A stretch of DNA of 29,343 nucleotides from a virus. The translations under genes and the position numbers were made by a program. The stretch is from IMG/VR virus record IMGVR_UViG_3300020151_000525; one strand, written 5' to 3'. The notes beneath the pieces were generated by a model. That model saw only the letters and a program-made list of their open reading frames with translations, ran no database searches and was not told the origin of the DNA. This document shows, piece by piece, positions 15,831 to 24,499 of this stretch (position 1 is its first letter; each line of letters opens with the position of its first letter).

Positions 15831-15976
15831 AAAACTACAATGTCCGATTTGAATTGTACGGTAAAAAGTATCACATAAAAAAGCAATGCGATAACGAAAA
15901 CCTACTAAAGCAATTGATTAGAATGGATATAATCTTTAATCATATAAATGAAATACCATCAGAAACAAATTGATGC
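15827..15976 (+). CDS. Possible small protein (49 aa)
   Basis: ATGA overlap upstream. Reads MKNYNVRFELYGKKYHIKKQCDNENLLKQLIRMDIIFNHINEIPSETN. Overlaps the terminase start by 29 nt. Confidence 0.35.
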
Positions 15977-17237
15977 ACTCAACTTACTCGCCATCGACAA
16001 CGATTGTAGGCAATTGTTGTACGGTGGTGGAGTTGGTGGTGGAAAATCCTTTCTTGGTTGTGATTGGCAAATAAAACGCAGGTTAAAATATCCAGGTACT
16101 CGCGGTTTAATTGGTCGTTCTGAATTAAAGAAGTTGCGTTTAAGTACAATGGCAACTTTCTTTGAATTGTGCGCTACTCATGGACTTCAACCCGATAAAC
16201 ATTGGACGTATAACGGGCAAGACCATGTCGTTAAGTTCTTCAACGGAAGTCAAATTATCTTGATGGATTTAGCCGACCTTCCTTCCGATCCCGAGTTCCA
16301 AAGATTTGGTAGTATTGAATTGACAGACGCGTTTGTTGATGAAGCAGGGGAAGTGTCGCAAAAATGTATCGATATCCTTTCCTCGCGATTGCGTTACAAG
16401 CTAATCAATGACAAACCAAAACTTTTAATGACTTGTAATCCACACAAAGGATGGTTGTACACTGAATTTTTTGATGCGAAAAGAAACGGAAATATACGAA
16501 TTGACCGCGATTTTATACAGGCATTACCAACGGACAATCCACACGTTTCACCGGTATATCTTGAATCGCTCCAAATGCTGCCCGAAGTTGACCGTAAACG
16601 ATTGCTCGAAGGAGATTGGGATTACGATGAAACCAAAGATAGGTTGTATAATTACGATGACTTATTGCGATGCTTCCGCACTCCACAACCAACCGCCAAC
16701 AATGATGCGTTTATCACTGCGGACATCGCGCGAATGGGTGACGATAGGACGGTGATTGTGTTGTGGAATGGGTTACACGCTTCGAAGTTTGTTGTGTTGA
16801 AGCAAAAGCCAATTAACGAAGTGGTGGACACAATCAACCAACTGGCGCAATCGAATGGTGTGAGACTGTCTAACGTATTATGTGACGAAGATGGAATCGG
16901 TGGGGGTGCGGTTGACTTCCTTAAATGCAAAGGATTTTTGAACGGTTCAAAAGCGGTGCGCGATAATTACATGAACTTAAAAGCGGATTGTTATTTTAAG
17001 TTAGGCGAACTAATCACTACCAACTCCATCACGTTTGAATCAACTCACAAGGACACCATCATTAAGGAACTTGAAATGATTAGACGAGAGAAGATTGATA
17101 GCGATGGAAAGCTGCGCGTAACGAACAAAGAAACGCTACAAAAGAAATACGGAATCTCTCCCGACTTTGCAGATGCAATAATGATGCGATGCTTCTATGA
17201 GCTTAAAAAGAATTATGGCAAATATGCTTTTGGTTAA
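15948..17237 (+). CDS. terL: Terminase large subunit
   Basis: 429 aa. Walker A GGGVGGGKS, Walker B-like AFVDEAGE, and a C-terminal nuclease-type region (ITADIARMGDDRTV...DEDGIGGG...). Confidence 0.85.
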   Translation: MKYHQKQIDALNLLAIDNDCRQLLYGGGVGGGKSFLGCDWQIKRRLKYPGTRGLIGRSELKKLRLSTMATFFELCATHGLQPDKHWTYNGQDHVVKFFNGSQIILMDLADLPSDPEFQRFGSIELTDAFVDEAGEVSQKCIDILSSRLRYKLINDKPKLLMTCNPHKGWLYTEFFDAKRNGNIRIDRDFIQALPTDNPHVSPVYLESLQMLPEVDRKRLLEGDWDYDETKDRLYNYDDLLRCFRTPQPTANNDAFITADIARMGDDRTVIVLWNGLHASKFVVLKQKPINEVVDTINQLAQSNGVRLSNVLCDEDGIGGGAVDFLKCKGFLNGSKAVRDNYMNLKADCYFKLGELITTNSITFESTHKDTIIKELEMIRREKIDSDGKLRVTNKETLQKKYGISPDFADAIMMRCFYELKKNYGKYAFG

Positions 17238-17247
17238 ATTAATTTAA

Positions 17248-17255
17248 TATATTTG
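17248..17255 (+). promoter_or_regulatory. Bacteroidota-type -7 promoter box TATATTTG
   Basis: Same octamer as at 12233-12240. Lies 19 nt upstream of ATG 17275, with TTTG at 17229-17232 upstream. Confidence 0.4.
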
Positions 17256-17274
17256 AAATCTAAAACAAAACAAA

Positions 17275-17424
17275 ATGAAACTAAACGAACAAATTAAAAT
17301 GCAAGCCGAATACTACGCGGCATTCGGTGGAGATGGCATGAGTGGTGAATCTTATTTCGCATTTGTAGCAGGTGCAAAGTACGCACTCAAATTAATCGCT
17401 AACGAAATCAATGATGAGCTATAA
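17275..17424 (+). CDS. Hypothetical small protein (49 aa), below the track cutoff
   Basis: MKLNEQIKMQAEYYAAFGGDGMSGESYFAFVAGAKYALKLIANEINDEL. Confidence 0.45.
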   Translation: MKLNEQIKMQAEYYAAFGGDGMSGESYFAFVAGAKYALKLIANEINDEL

Positions 17425-17483
17425 TTACCTTGTGTTTCATAGTTCTAAAACAAGGTCTAAGCTGACAATAACGATATAAAAAA

Positions 17484-17702
17484 ATGGAAAACAAAAAACA
17501 AAGTAGTATAGATTGGTTGGTTGAGCAGATTAGTTATCAAATGGATATTAGAATTGAAAATACTACCATTGGATGTGATTTATTTGAACAAGCCAAAGCA
17601 ATGCACAAGGAGGAGATAATTGAAGCATACAATGAATCATTTAGATTAAGGGATAAGCCTTATTCAACAGCAATAAAATACTACAACGAAACATTTGGAT
17701 GA
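17484..17702 (+). CDS. Hypothetical protein (72 aa)
   Basis: ORF in the same-strand array. Confidence 0.55.
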   Translation: MENKKQSSIDWLVEQISYQMDIRIENTTIGCDLFEQAKAMHKEEIIEAYNESFRLRDKPYSTAIKYYNETFG

Positions 17703-17706
17703 CAAG

Positions 17707-17946
17707 ATGAACGAGATAGAAGTATTCCGCAATAGAATGAAGAAGATAGGCATTGAACTAGAACTTTTTGGCAATGTTCCTTGGATATACATCGACAAAG
17801 TTAATGGTAATAAAGTACAACGAGAGGATTACAATGCTAATCATGGATATAACTTTGCTTGGTATGGTGTAAAAAATGGTGATAAGCCACATCTTGATTG
17901 GTCAGCCATTAAAACAACATTTGAAATAATCAGAAAATACAAATAA
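17707..17946 (+). CDS. Hypothetical protein (79 aa from ATG 17707; the track uses TTG 17695)
   Basis: MNEIEVFRNRMKKIGIELELFGNVPWIYIDKVNGNKV... Confidence 0.55.
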   Translation: MNEIEVFRNRMKKIGIELELFGNVPWIYIDKVNGNKVQREDYNANHGYNFAWYGVKNGDKPHLDWSAIKTTFEIIRKYK

Positions 17947-17948
17947 AA

Positions 17949-18296
17949 ATGAAAACTGAAATAACAAAAGATGAACTTGAAAAAGTTAAGGTGTTGAACC
18001 TACTCATGTGGTTACAAGCGTCCATCTATGCAGGTGACGAATGCGAATCAATAAAATGGTTTTACAACCACCAAACGAAGATGCTATTGAAACGATTAAA
18101 CGAGAGCATTCAGCGCGAACATGGCAAGACAATCACTGCTCTTTGGAATGCGGATGGAGCATTGCTGCCCGATATAACTCGCCAAATTGATGACTTTACT
18201 TTTGAAATGGCGAACTATGGTTATTGGATGCTTCCTGAATTAACCGATTACATTCGCAAACAAAAAGAATTACAACCTAAAATTGAAATCAAATGA
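17949..18296 (+). CDS. Hypothetical protein (115 aa)
   Basis: ORF in the array, with a 4-nt overlap on the next gene. Confidence 0.55.
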   Translation: MKTEITKDELEKVKVLNLLMWLQASIYAGDECESIKWFYNHQTKMLLKRLNESIQREHGKTITALWNADGALLPDITRQIDDFTFEMANYGYWMLPELTDYIRKQKELQPKIEIK

Positions 18297-18505
18297 ATAT
18301 AACGCACGACTTTGACAACCTGCAAAGCGACACCTACAAAGAAGTCATCACCGATTTAATCGCACGCGAAAAGATGGGGCGTATGAAGTACGGAGTGACT
18401 GTGGACAAAGCTAATTTAAGCGAAGCTGAATGGATGCACCACGCATACGAAGAAGCGTTGGACTTTGCTATCTACCTAAAACGATTAATGAAGTTAAAAA
18501 AATGA
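18293..18505 (+). CDS. Hypothetical small all-alpha protein (70 aa), with weak MazG/dNTP-pyrophosphohydrolase-like features
   Basis: GRMKYGVTVDKANLSEAEWMHHAYEEALDFAIYL. The resemblance is from memory only. Confidence 0.3.
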   Translation: MNITHDFDNLQSDTYKEVITDLIAREKMGRMKYGVTVDKANLSEAEWMHHAYEEALDFAIYLKRLMKLKK

Positions 18506-18845
18506 CGTTGATACCAACCGAATAAAGAGTGGCTTTGCGCCACTTTTTTTTTCTCTTTAATTCCGCATTTAACCCCTCGTTTAATTCCTTATTCAACCCC
18601 TCGATTTGCATGATATAAGCGGCATTACGCTCGTTAATCTCGTTTAATGAATGATTTATCATGCTCAAATTTTGGTTGTCTAGAATCAAATAATCGAGTT
18701 GAGTAACTGCCAACACAACCAACCTTTTCTCTTTACTTATCGAATCCAGTGCGCTCGTAATCGCGTAGCTTTTCAATTGCCTTTGTGTATGCGCTATCGA
18801 TGGCAACAGAATCATAAAGGTAAATAGTATCAATTTGCTTTTCAT
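18468..18845 (-). CDS. Membrane-associated coiled-coil protein with an N-terminal signal-like segment and a C-terminal TM segment (125 aa); spanin-like candidate
   Basis: MKSKLILFTFMILLPSIAHTQ... with no lipobox Cys. An in-frame 24-bp tandem repeat encodes EGLNKELN/EGLNAELK. The C-terminus is ATLYSVGINVIFLTSLIVLG. The 3' end overlaps the convergent gene and the terminator. Confidence 0.45.
   Translation of the reverse strand: MKSKLILFTFMILLPSIAHTQRQLKSYAITSALDSISKEKRLVVLAVTQLDYLILDNQNLSMINHSLNEINERNAAYIMQIEGLNKELNEGLNAELKRKKKWRKATLYSVGINVIFLTSLIVLGR
18528..18552 (+). terminator. Rho-independent terminator of the plus-strand unit (possibly bidirectional)
   Basis: AGTGGC(18528-18533) tttgc GCCACT(18539-18544) followed by a T9 run ending at 18552, 22 nt after the stop at 18505. 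It lies inside the minus-strand ORF 18468..18845. Confidence 0.7.
18557..18604 (-). repeat. Tandem 24-bp direct repeat (20/24 identical), in frame within ORF 18468..18845
   Basis: ttaattccgcatttaacccctcgt / ttaattccttattcaacccctcga. Confidence 0.85.
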
Positions 18846-19026
18846 ATATCGATTTTATTTTGATGCGTTCTTTTTCGATTGTGTCAATTCGTGCCTTCAA
18901 TACGATAACAGTATCTGAGGTGGTTACAAATTGTAACCGATTGGAATTGCATGAATTTTTACCAATAATGAATGCAACAATCAACCCAATTGCAAACGCT
19001 ATCCACTTAATAGATTGCTCCTTCAT
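18733..19026 (-). CDS. N-terminally anchored coiled-coil membrane protein (97 aa); i-spanin-like candidate
   Basis: MKEQSIKWIAFAIGLIVAFIIGKNSC (TM segment) followed by a helical, charged region. The downstream ORF starts 113 nt before its stop, in another frame. Confidence 0.5.
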   Translation of the reverse strand: MKEQSIKWIAFAIGLIVAFIIGKNSCNSNRLQFVTTSDTVIVLKARIDTIEKERIKIKSIYEKQIDTIYLYDSVAIDSAYTKAIEKLRDYERTGFDK

Positions 19027-19996
19027 GTATGCGATAGTTTTTTACATGGAACGCTTTGTTCAATCCTCTCGTAATTATTGCGAATCCATGATTGTATTTC
19101 GAATATGGATTGTAATCAGGTGAAAGTTCACTCAAACAACCAACCCCCCAACACGTTATGACCTTTCCATTTACATCGCGCTCCGTATGCTCCGCAGTTT
19201 GGTGATGATGTCCACACATGGCATTTGCTTTTGTCTTTAAAAACAACCCACGCGCCACGTTTACAGATGGCAAAAATTGCTTTCCAAATTCGTGACCATG
19301 AAATATCGATAAGCCGCCAATGTTTAACTTACTCTTACCATCCAACCATTTGATGTTGTGTTTATCGCAATGCGTTAGCGTTGGAAAATCAAACGCATCA
19401 ATATCAAATAGCTCTGGAGCTTTCACTCGCATATAACGCCAATATCTCTCTTCATGATTACCTTCCTTATACACGATTTCAGCGTTGGGAAATTGTCCTC
19501 TTAACTCGTGTAAAAATGTGCGCATCGCATACAACTCATCTTTAAACTTGCGCTTCTTTGGATCTTTGACAAAATCACTAATCATGTGGCAGTCGAGTGC
19601 ATCGCCATTCAATACAACTGTATCAACTCCCTCATCGATTCCCGTTTGAATTGCTACGCTTAACGCATCGATATCATGATATGGAATGTGAATGTCGGAT
19701 AAGATTAAAACCTTTTGTCCTTTGATATCAAAATGCTTTCGACCTTTCGCATATGACTTTGGTAGATTGAATGGGTTACGTGGACGATCGTTATTTTTAA
19801 CCAATGTATTATCTTTTGGAGCTCTGCCCTGTTTACCTTCAATTCTACGCAATGCACTGCGCGCATCTTCAATTCCTAAAAATGTTTCGAAATGTTCTTT
19901 GCTTAATTTCTTTGCGAGTGTGAGAGTAGGTGTATCGGGAAATCTCTCTCGTAATTCTCTCGCTAGTTTGGTTTTGCTGTCTTCTTTTCTTGACAT
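19007..19996 (-). CDS. Calcineurin-like metallophosphoesterase with an N-terminal roughly 90-aa extension
   Basis: Motifs LILSDIHIPYHD, LNGDALD, EGNHEERY, FHGHEFG and MCGHHHQTAEH. Confidence 0.7.
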   Translation of the reverse strand: MSRKEDSKTKLARELRERFPDTPTLTLAKKLSKEHFETFLGIEDARSALRRIEGKQGRAPKDNTLVKNNDRPRNPFNLPKSYAKGRKHFDIKGQKVLILSDIHIPYHDIDALSVAIQTGIDEGVDTVVLNGDALDCHMISDFVKDPKKRKFKDELYAMRTFLHELRGQFPNAEIVYKEGNHEERYWRYMRVKAPELFDIDAFDFPTLTHCDKHNIKWLDGKSKLNIGGLSIFHGHEFGKQFLPSVNVARGLFLKTKANAMCGHHHQTAEHTERDVNGKVITCWGVGCLSELSPDYNPYSKYNHGFAIITRGLNKAFHVKNYRIHEGAIY

Positions 19997-19998
19997 AG

Positions 19999-20460
19999 TT
20001 AATAAGGTTTGTAAATAGTTTTTCCGTTGCTCTTAATCGCTCGTAAAATTTGTTTTCTATTTACTCCCTTGTTGTAACTAACGTGTACCCAGTCAGGTGC
20101 ATTCTCCGTTCCAAACTCCCAAATGAGTTGGTCAAATGTACAATTGTTTTTAATGTATTCGAATATGTCTTTATTGCTCACACCGCCCAATAAATCTCCA
20201 TCGATGTCGATGGCTTTTCCTTCCATGTGCTGCGAGTTCTTTGAACCACCAATGCGGTTGTTTAATTCAATACTTCTGAATCCGCTTGTAATTCCAATTG
20301 GCTTTCCAAAGTGTTCACGAACTTTATCAAAAACTTCTATGCAAAGCAATTTTAAATTACGAATTTGCTCATCGTTTGGAATGTTTTGAATTTGCAATAC
20401 ACTTGCAGTATTACTTTTTATGACTTCTTGTAAAGTCGTGTATTTACTTAGTTGGCTCAT
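19999..20460 (-). CDS. Endolysin, peptidase M15 (D-Ala-D-Ala carboxypeptidase / L-Ala-D-Glu peptidase-like) family
   Basis: SGFRSIELNNRIGGSKNSQHMEGKAIDID...DWVHVS matches the Zn-binding H-x-D...H pattern of Peptidase_M15_3. Adjacent to the holin gene. Confidence 0.7.
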   Translation of the reverse strand: MSQLSKYTTLQEVIKSNTASVLQIQNIPNDEQIRNLKLLCIEVFDKVREHFGKPIGITSGFRSIELNNRIGGSKNSQHMEGKAIDIDGDLLGGVSNKDIFEYIKNNCTFDQLIWEFGTENAPDWVHVSYNKGVNRKQILRAIKSNGKTIYKPY

Positions 20461-20872
20461 CGTTCATGATGTCTTTGATATCCTCGTTTTTTCTTCCTAC
20501 CAATGTCTTAATCTTACCCCACAAATCTTTACCCGTTACCGCTTCAATTGATTCCACAATTGATTTGAACTCAATCACTGCCACAACCGTTGCAATCAAT
20601 TTGGTGATGGGTATCAACTGCTCGATTATGTAGGTCTCAATTAAAAAACCGCTCACGATAGCCAGTTGATACAACAGCATTTTGGTAACGCTGTCGCTCA
20701 TTCTGCGTGAACGAATCTTAATGCCTAACTTCAATGCCTTCCAAATTCCAACAACCATATCCGCACCAACCAAGAATCCAATGGTAATCATTAATTCTTT
20801 GATTGGCAAAAAGATTGTAACCAATGCGAGCAGCCAATATTTTGTCTTTAAAAACAACAACTCATTAATCAT
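20444..20872 (-). CDS. Holin (phage_holin_4-like, multi-TM)
   Basis: 142 aa with several hydrophobic helices. GADMVVGIWKALKLGIKIRSRRMSDSVTKMLLY resembles the D-x-x-TG...S-x-x...K motif of toxin-secretion/phage-lysis holins. Has a charged C-terminal tail. Confidence 0.6.
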   Translation of the reverse strand: MINELLFLKTKYWLLALVTIFLPIKELMITIGFLVGADMVVGIWKALKLGIKIRSRRMSDSVTKMLLYQLAIVSGFLIETYIIEQLIPITKLIATVVAVIEFKSIVESIEAVTGKDLWGKIKTLVGRKNEDIKDIMNDEPTK

Positions 20873-20936
20873 TTCTTTGTGTCGTATTGTTTTTTTAGAT
20901 ATTGCTTTAACAACTTTTCGTATTGCTTTTTTCGGT

Positions 20937-21512
20937 TTAATACGATGGGGGCAGGAAATCTTTTATTGTCCATCTTAATCGGTTATGTTTATATGAATCA
21001 CTAATCAAAAAACTACTCTTTCCGTATGGGTTTCTGTCGGGTGAAATGTCGTTGTTCGTGTTCGATGTGTACTCAGGAAACAACGTGCTATTGTAACACA
21101 AGTATTGCACCAATCTATTTGTATAATAACGAGCGTTATCGCGTGCAGCTTCCTTTAAAGATTCCATTTCGCCCTTCGTTACTGGCGTTGTGTCTTCACT
21201 TTGGCGGCTTACCAAATTACCGTTGTCGTGCTTATACAAAAGCGATGGGTATAACTCGACCATCGTCCACCACAAAAGCGATTTTAAAACGTAATCATTA
21301 AGCAATGTTTCATAATCACCTGCTAATGTGCCATCGCTAACATCAGCTTTGATTCTATTCATTAAATCAGTACCAAGATAGTTAGTTATTTGCTTATCCT
21401 GCGCCAAATAAATGGCAGGTCGAATGATGTTTGGATCAACCGCGTCTGTAATCGCGGTGTACTTCTTTAAATAATCTTCTGTGATTAAAAGTATTTCGGG
21501 TTGTATTGCCAT
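20937..21512 (-). CDS. Head-tail connector/adaptor protein (gp6-like), putative
   Basis: 191 aa immediately after the portal gene. The N-terminus (ITEDYLKKYTAITDAVDPNIIRPAIYLAQDKQITNYLG) resembles head-tail connector N-terminal helices. Confidence 0.4.
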   Translation of the reverse strand: MAIQPEILLITEDYLKKYTAITDAVDPNIIRPAIYLAQDKQITNYLGTDLMNRIKADVSDGTLAGDYETLLNDYVLKSLLWWTMVELYPSLLYKHDNGNLVSRQSEDTTPVTKGEMESLKEAARDNARYYTNRLVQYLCYNSTLFPEYTSNTNNDISPDRNPYGKSSFLISDSYKHNRLRWTIKDFLPPSY

Positions 21513-21523
21513 TTTCTTATGTT

Positions 21524-23542
21524 TTATTTAATTCCAAAACGGGGATTGTCGGGTAAAAATCCGTTGTAAGGCATATCAATTGGACGCGTCTCAACTAAAT
21601 AATTGTTGCGTACTTTGTAACCTGCTTTCTCAGCTAAACTCCACGCTTTTTTTCGTGCATTTGGGTTGTTTAAATCGAGACCAAAACCCTTCGCGCTGAT
21701 GTATAATTCCTTTGTCCAAACATGATGGCAATTACCACCGCCTTTGTACAACCAAACGGAATAAGTATCGATACCATTTGGGCCCCAACCTGGATTAACT
21801 GCCTTGTTGTTTAGTGCCATTATATCTTCCTTACGGTATAGCTTATCCGCGCTTAACATCTTACGACAAAATGGACGAGTTGACGATGTTACACGACCAT
21901 TATAGCGGTAACGCGTGTAATACGTTTTACCATCGATAACTTTATCTTGATTACTCGTTGCGTTTGGTTTCGCTGTTCCTGTGCTTACCGCTTGTTCGAT
22001 TGGTGTAATATCAAAAATATGTGCGAGTGCTTCGTTCTCGATATCGTCATTCTCGTAATCGACATCGTAACTGTCAATTAAAATCCAATCTTCATTAACA
22101 TCTTCACCCAGTGCGATTAGTTCCTCTGCGATGTCATCTAAATTTACTTCATCGACTTGAGAAACGCTCTCGTGTTCGCACTTAACTTTTTTTTTTTGGA
22201 CTACTTGAGTTGGGTCAATAACTACATTTGAAAGGTTATCGAAGATGCTATTTATTTGAGCATCGCTCATTGTTGGAAATGCTGCCTTTGTTATTGCTTT
22301 TGCCGATGGAATGGTTAATACATTCGCAGTTGTTTGTACAATAATCTCTAACAATGAAGCTATCTGCGCTCCATTTAATGCCTGACTTGCAACGTCTAAC
22401 GATGGTGCATTATTAACGCTTGTTTGTGCGTCTTGGAATAAATCGTTTTGAGCGATTTCCACTTGCGCATCAATTCCAATCGTTGAAAATAAATACTCGA
22501 TGCTGTCGGTAATCATGCGCTGAAATGGCTCAACAACTTGCTTCATGAAGATACGCATTGCTTGCTTCATTTCATCGGTATTACTACCCAATCCACCACC
22601 ATCACGAATACCAAAAAGCAAAGGACTTGTCACACGATGTCCGACCAATATAGATTCAACCGCTTGTCCTACTAACGTCTCAAATTGTTTGTCCATATCG
22701 GACACTGGAAACGGAGTGAACTCAACGCCACGATCTCTGTCCTCATTGAAAAAAGTTAAAACTTTCCCTGCATTCTCCGCTCCTTGAATCGCTTGTTGCA
22801 ATTGATTCTTAATCATTCGCTGTTCTTCCAAACTTGGAATGCCATTGTTAAACGAAGTAATCAAAGAAGGGAAGAAACCATTTAGAATCAAATTAACTTG
22901 ATACTCGCTTATTTGTCTTGTTAATTCGATGTTGTTTACCGCGCTTATGTAGTCGGGTTTGGGATAGTATTCGCTTCCAGGTACAATTGAATGTACGAAC
23001 ATCACCTGCTTTGGAAATTCGTCCTTGTAATCAGGGTTGAACATGGGAATATACGAAGGTATATTTTTCTTTTTACGGGTATCGTTCCAATCTCGAGAGT
23101 AATAAATACCACTCACATCATCGTTATCATCACTTACGCATAAACGACAATTCTCAAATGGTAAATGATTAATTTGCGCAATGGTACTTCTATCCATCGA
23201 CCAAATTACTTCCCAATAAAAGCCACCATGTAGCTTCAAATCGAGCGCAGTTGAATGTCTTATCTTATCTAATCCTAAACGTGCAATTTCGGTTGATGCC
23301 TGCGCGTTTGTACTAACGAAATCTTGTCCTGCAATCATGAACGCAATTGAATTTACAATGCTTCCATGCACTGGCGATTCGTTGTATAGTTCAATGATAT
23401 AATTTGGAAAGGTATTGCCTTCCCCATAACTCACAAATCCCTTCCTATCTTCAACCTCTATCGGTTGAATCTTTATGTATTTGGACAATTCAACTTGCGT
23501 TGCTCCAATCCTTTGTTTTATTTCGTCAACTATATTAGGCAT
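21524..23542 (-). CDS. Portal protein fused to a C-terminal MuF/SPP1-gp7-like minor head (morphogenesis) domain
   Basis: 672 aa. A roughly 450-aa portal-like body is joined through an acidic linker to ...STRPFCRKMLSADKLYRKEDI...GPNGIDTYSVWLYKGGGNCHHVW, the TRxxC...NC(R/H)(C/H) signature of Mu F-like head morphogenesis proteins. An A11 run sits at the boundary. Confidence 0.7.
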   Translation of the reverse strand: MPNIVDEIKQRIGATQVELSKYIKIQPIEVEDRKGFVSYGEGNTFPNYIIELYNESPVHGSIVNSIAFMIAGQDFVSTNAQASTEIARLGLDKIRHSTALDLKLHGGFYWEVIWSMDRSTIAQINHLPFENCRLCVSDDNDDVSGIYYSRDWNDTRKKKNIPSYIPMFNPDYKDEFPKQVMFVHSIVPGSEYYPKPDYISAVNNIELTRQISEYQVNLILNGFFPSLITSFNNGIPSLEEQRMIKNQLQQAIQGAENAGKVLTFFNEDRDRGVEFTPFPVSDMDKQFETLVGQAVESILVGHRVTSPLLFGIRDGGGLGSNTDEMKQAMRIFMKQVVEPFQRMITDSIEYLFSTIGIDAQVEIAQNDLFQDAQTSVNNAPSLDVASQALNGAQIASLLEIIVQTTANVLTIPSAKAITKAAFPTMSDAQINSIFDNLSNVVIDPTQVVQKKKVKCEHESVSQVDEVNLDDIAEELIALGEDVNEDWILIDSYDVDYENDDIENEALAHIFDITPIEQAVSTGTAKPNATSNQDKVIDGKTYYTRYRYNGRVTSSTRPFCRKMLSADKLYRKEDIMALNNKAVNPGWGPNGIDTYSVWLYKGGGNCHHVWTKELYISAKGFGLDLNNPNARKKAWSLAEKAGYKVRNNYLVETRPIDMPYNGFLPDNPRFGIK

Positions 23543-23942
23543 TGTATTCGATATCAGATGGAATTGTTAGCGTTGGTTGGTCGTAGTAATTAATGAGCGA
23601 ACTGAATTGGACAAAACCTCTTTCAATTTCACCGACCACCACAGCATCAGTAGGGTCAAGGTTGCTATTTGAATTTTGACCGAAAACAATAAAATTCCAA
23701 CGACCACCATGAGTGACGAGAATCGATGCGTTAGTTGGATCATCAAAGTTCGTACTAATTCCCAAAGTTGTAATCCTATCGTTTTCATCTATGATTGTTG
23801 GAATCACATATAACAATTCCGAAGTTAGTTCATTCTGTAACACCAATAAATAATCGGTGTATGTTGTTGAAAAAAGTAAACTCCCCTGCTTCAATGAGAG
23901 CAGGAGAGTTTGAGATGCGGTATTAGATTGCAGGTAATTCAC
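23535..23942 (-). CDS. Hypothetical virion-module protein (135 aa)
   Basis: ORF between the tail-tube-like and portal genes, with an 8-nt overlap on the portal start. Confidence 0.55.
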   Translation of the reverse strand: MNYLQSNTASQTLLLSLKQGSLLFSTTYTDYLLVLQNELTSELLYVIPTIIDENDRITTLGISTNFDDPTNASILVTHGGRWNFIVFGQNSNSNLDPTDAVVVGEIERGFVQFSSLINYYDQPTLTIPSDIEYNA

Positions 23943-23954
23943 TCTGCAAATTTA

Positions 23955-24491
23955 TTAAACGGGTGCAGCTGCATCAATATTGAAATCGGAAGCAAATACC
24001 CCGTCTTCAATTCGATACGCTTTGTTTTTTGAATCGGCTGTGAACGTGATGGTGTAACCATTCATGTCACCTTTGGCAGTTCCTGTCATGGTAGATGCTG
24101 CGGTTACTTCCGCTCCATCCTCATAACCAACAACCCAATAGTTGTCGTTGTTATCTAATACAACAACGAACAAACGGTTTTGAGCAATTAACTCTAATTG
24201 CTTTCTGCGTTGATAGCTTAATTTGTGGAATGATGCGGTAACAGTTTGCGTGTAGAAAATTGTTCCATTTTCAACACTCGATGCCACTTCCTCTGTGAAG
24301 CTACCCGTTGACTTTGGCAATACAAATTCAAACAAATTTGCAGCGGATGAAGAAGCTGTAATCAATTCGGTTGGTGCGTCAATTGTCAAATCACCTGCGA
24401 ATAAACTTTGAGCATTCAAATAGATTTTTTTGATGCCGCCAATTCCATCTTTGCATTGCAATCCGAATCCTGCGCTTATTGTACAACTCAT
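23955..24491 (-). CDS. Putative major tail (tube) protein
   Basis: 178 aa. CKDGIGGIKKIYL near the N-terminus and ...LFVVVLDNNDNYWVVGYEDGAEVT...TGTAKGDMNGYTITFTA resemble siphovirus tail-tube families (from memory). The gene follows the capsid gene and its terminator. Confidence 0.4.
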   Translation of the reverse strand: MSCTISAGFGLQCKDGIGGIKKIYLNAQSLFAGDLTIDAPTELITASSSAANLFEFVLPKSTGSFTEEVASSVENGTIFYTQTVTASFHKLSYQRRKQLELIAQNRLFVVVLDNNDNYWVVGYEDGAEVTAASTMTGTAKGDMNGYTITFTADSKNKAYRIEDGVFASDFNIDAAAPV

Positions 24492-24499
24492 GTTTTTAT

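Noticed and set aside
17427-17456. 7-bp hairpin (ACCTTGT ... ACAAGGT, 16-nt loop) after the 49-aa ORF
   Set aside because: It has no U-tract, a large loop and an AT-rich stem, so it is not convincing as a terminator or a structured RNA.
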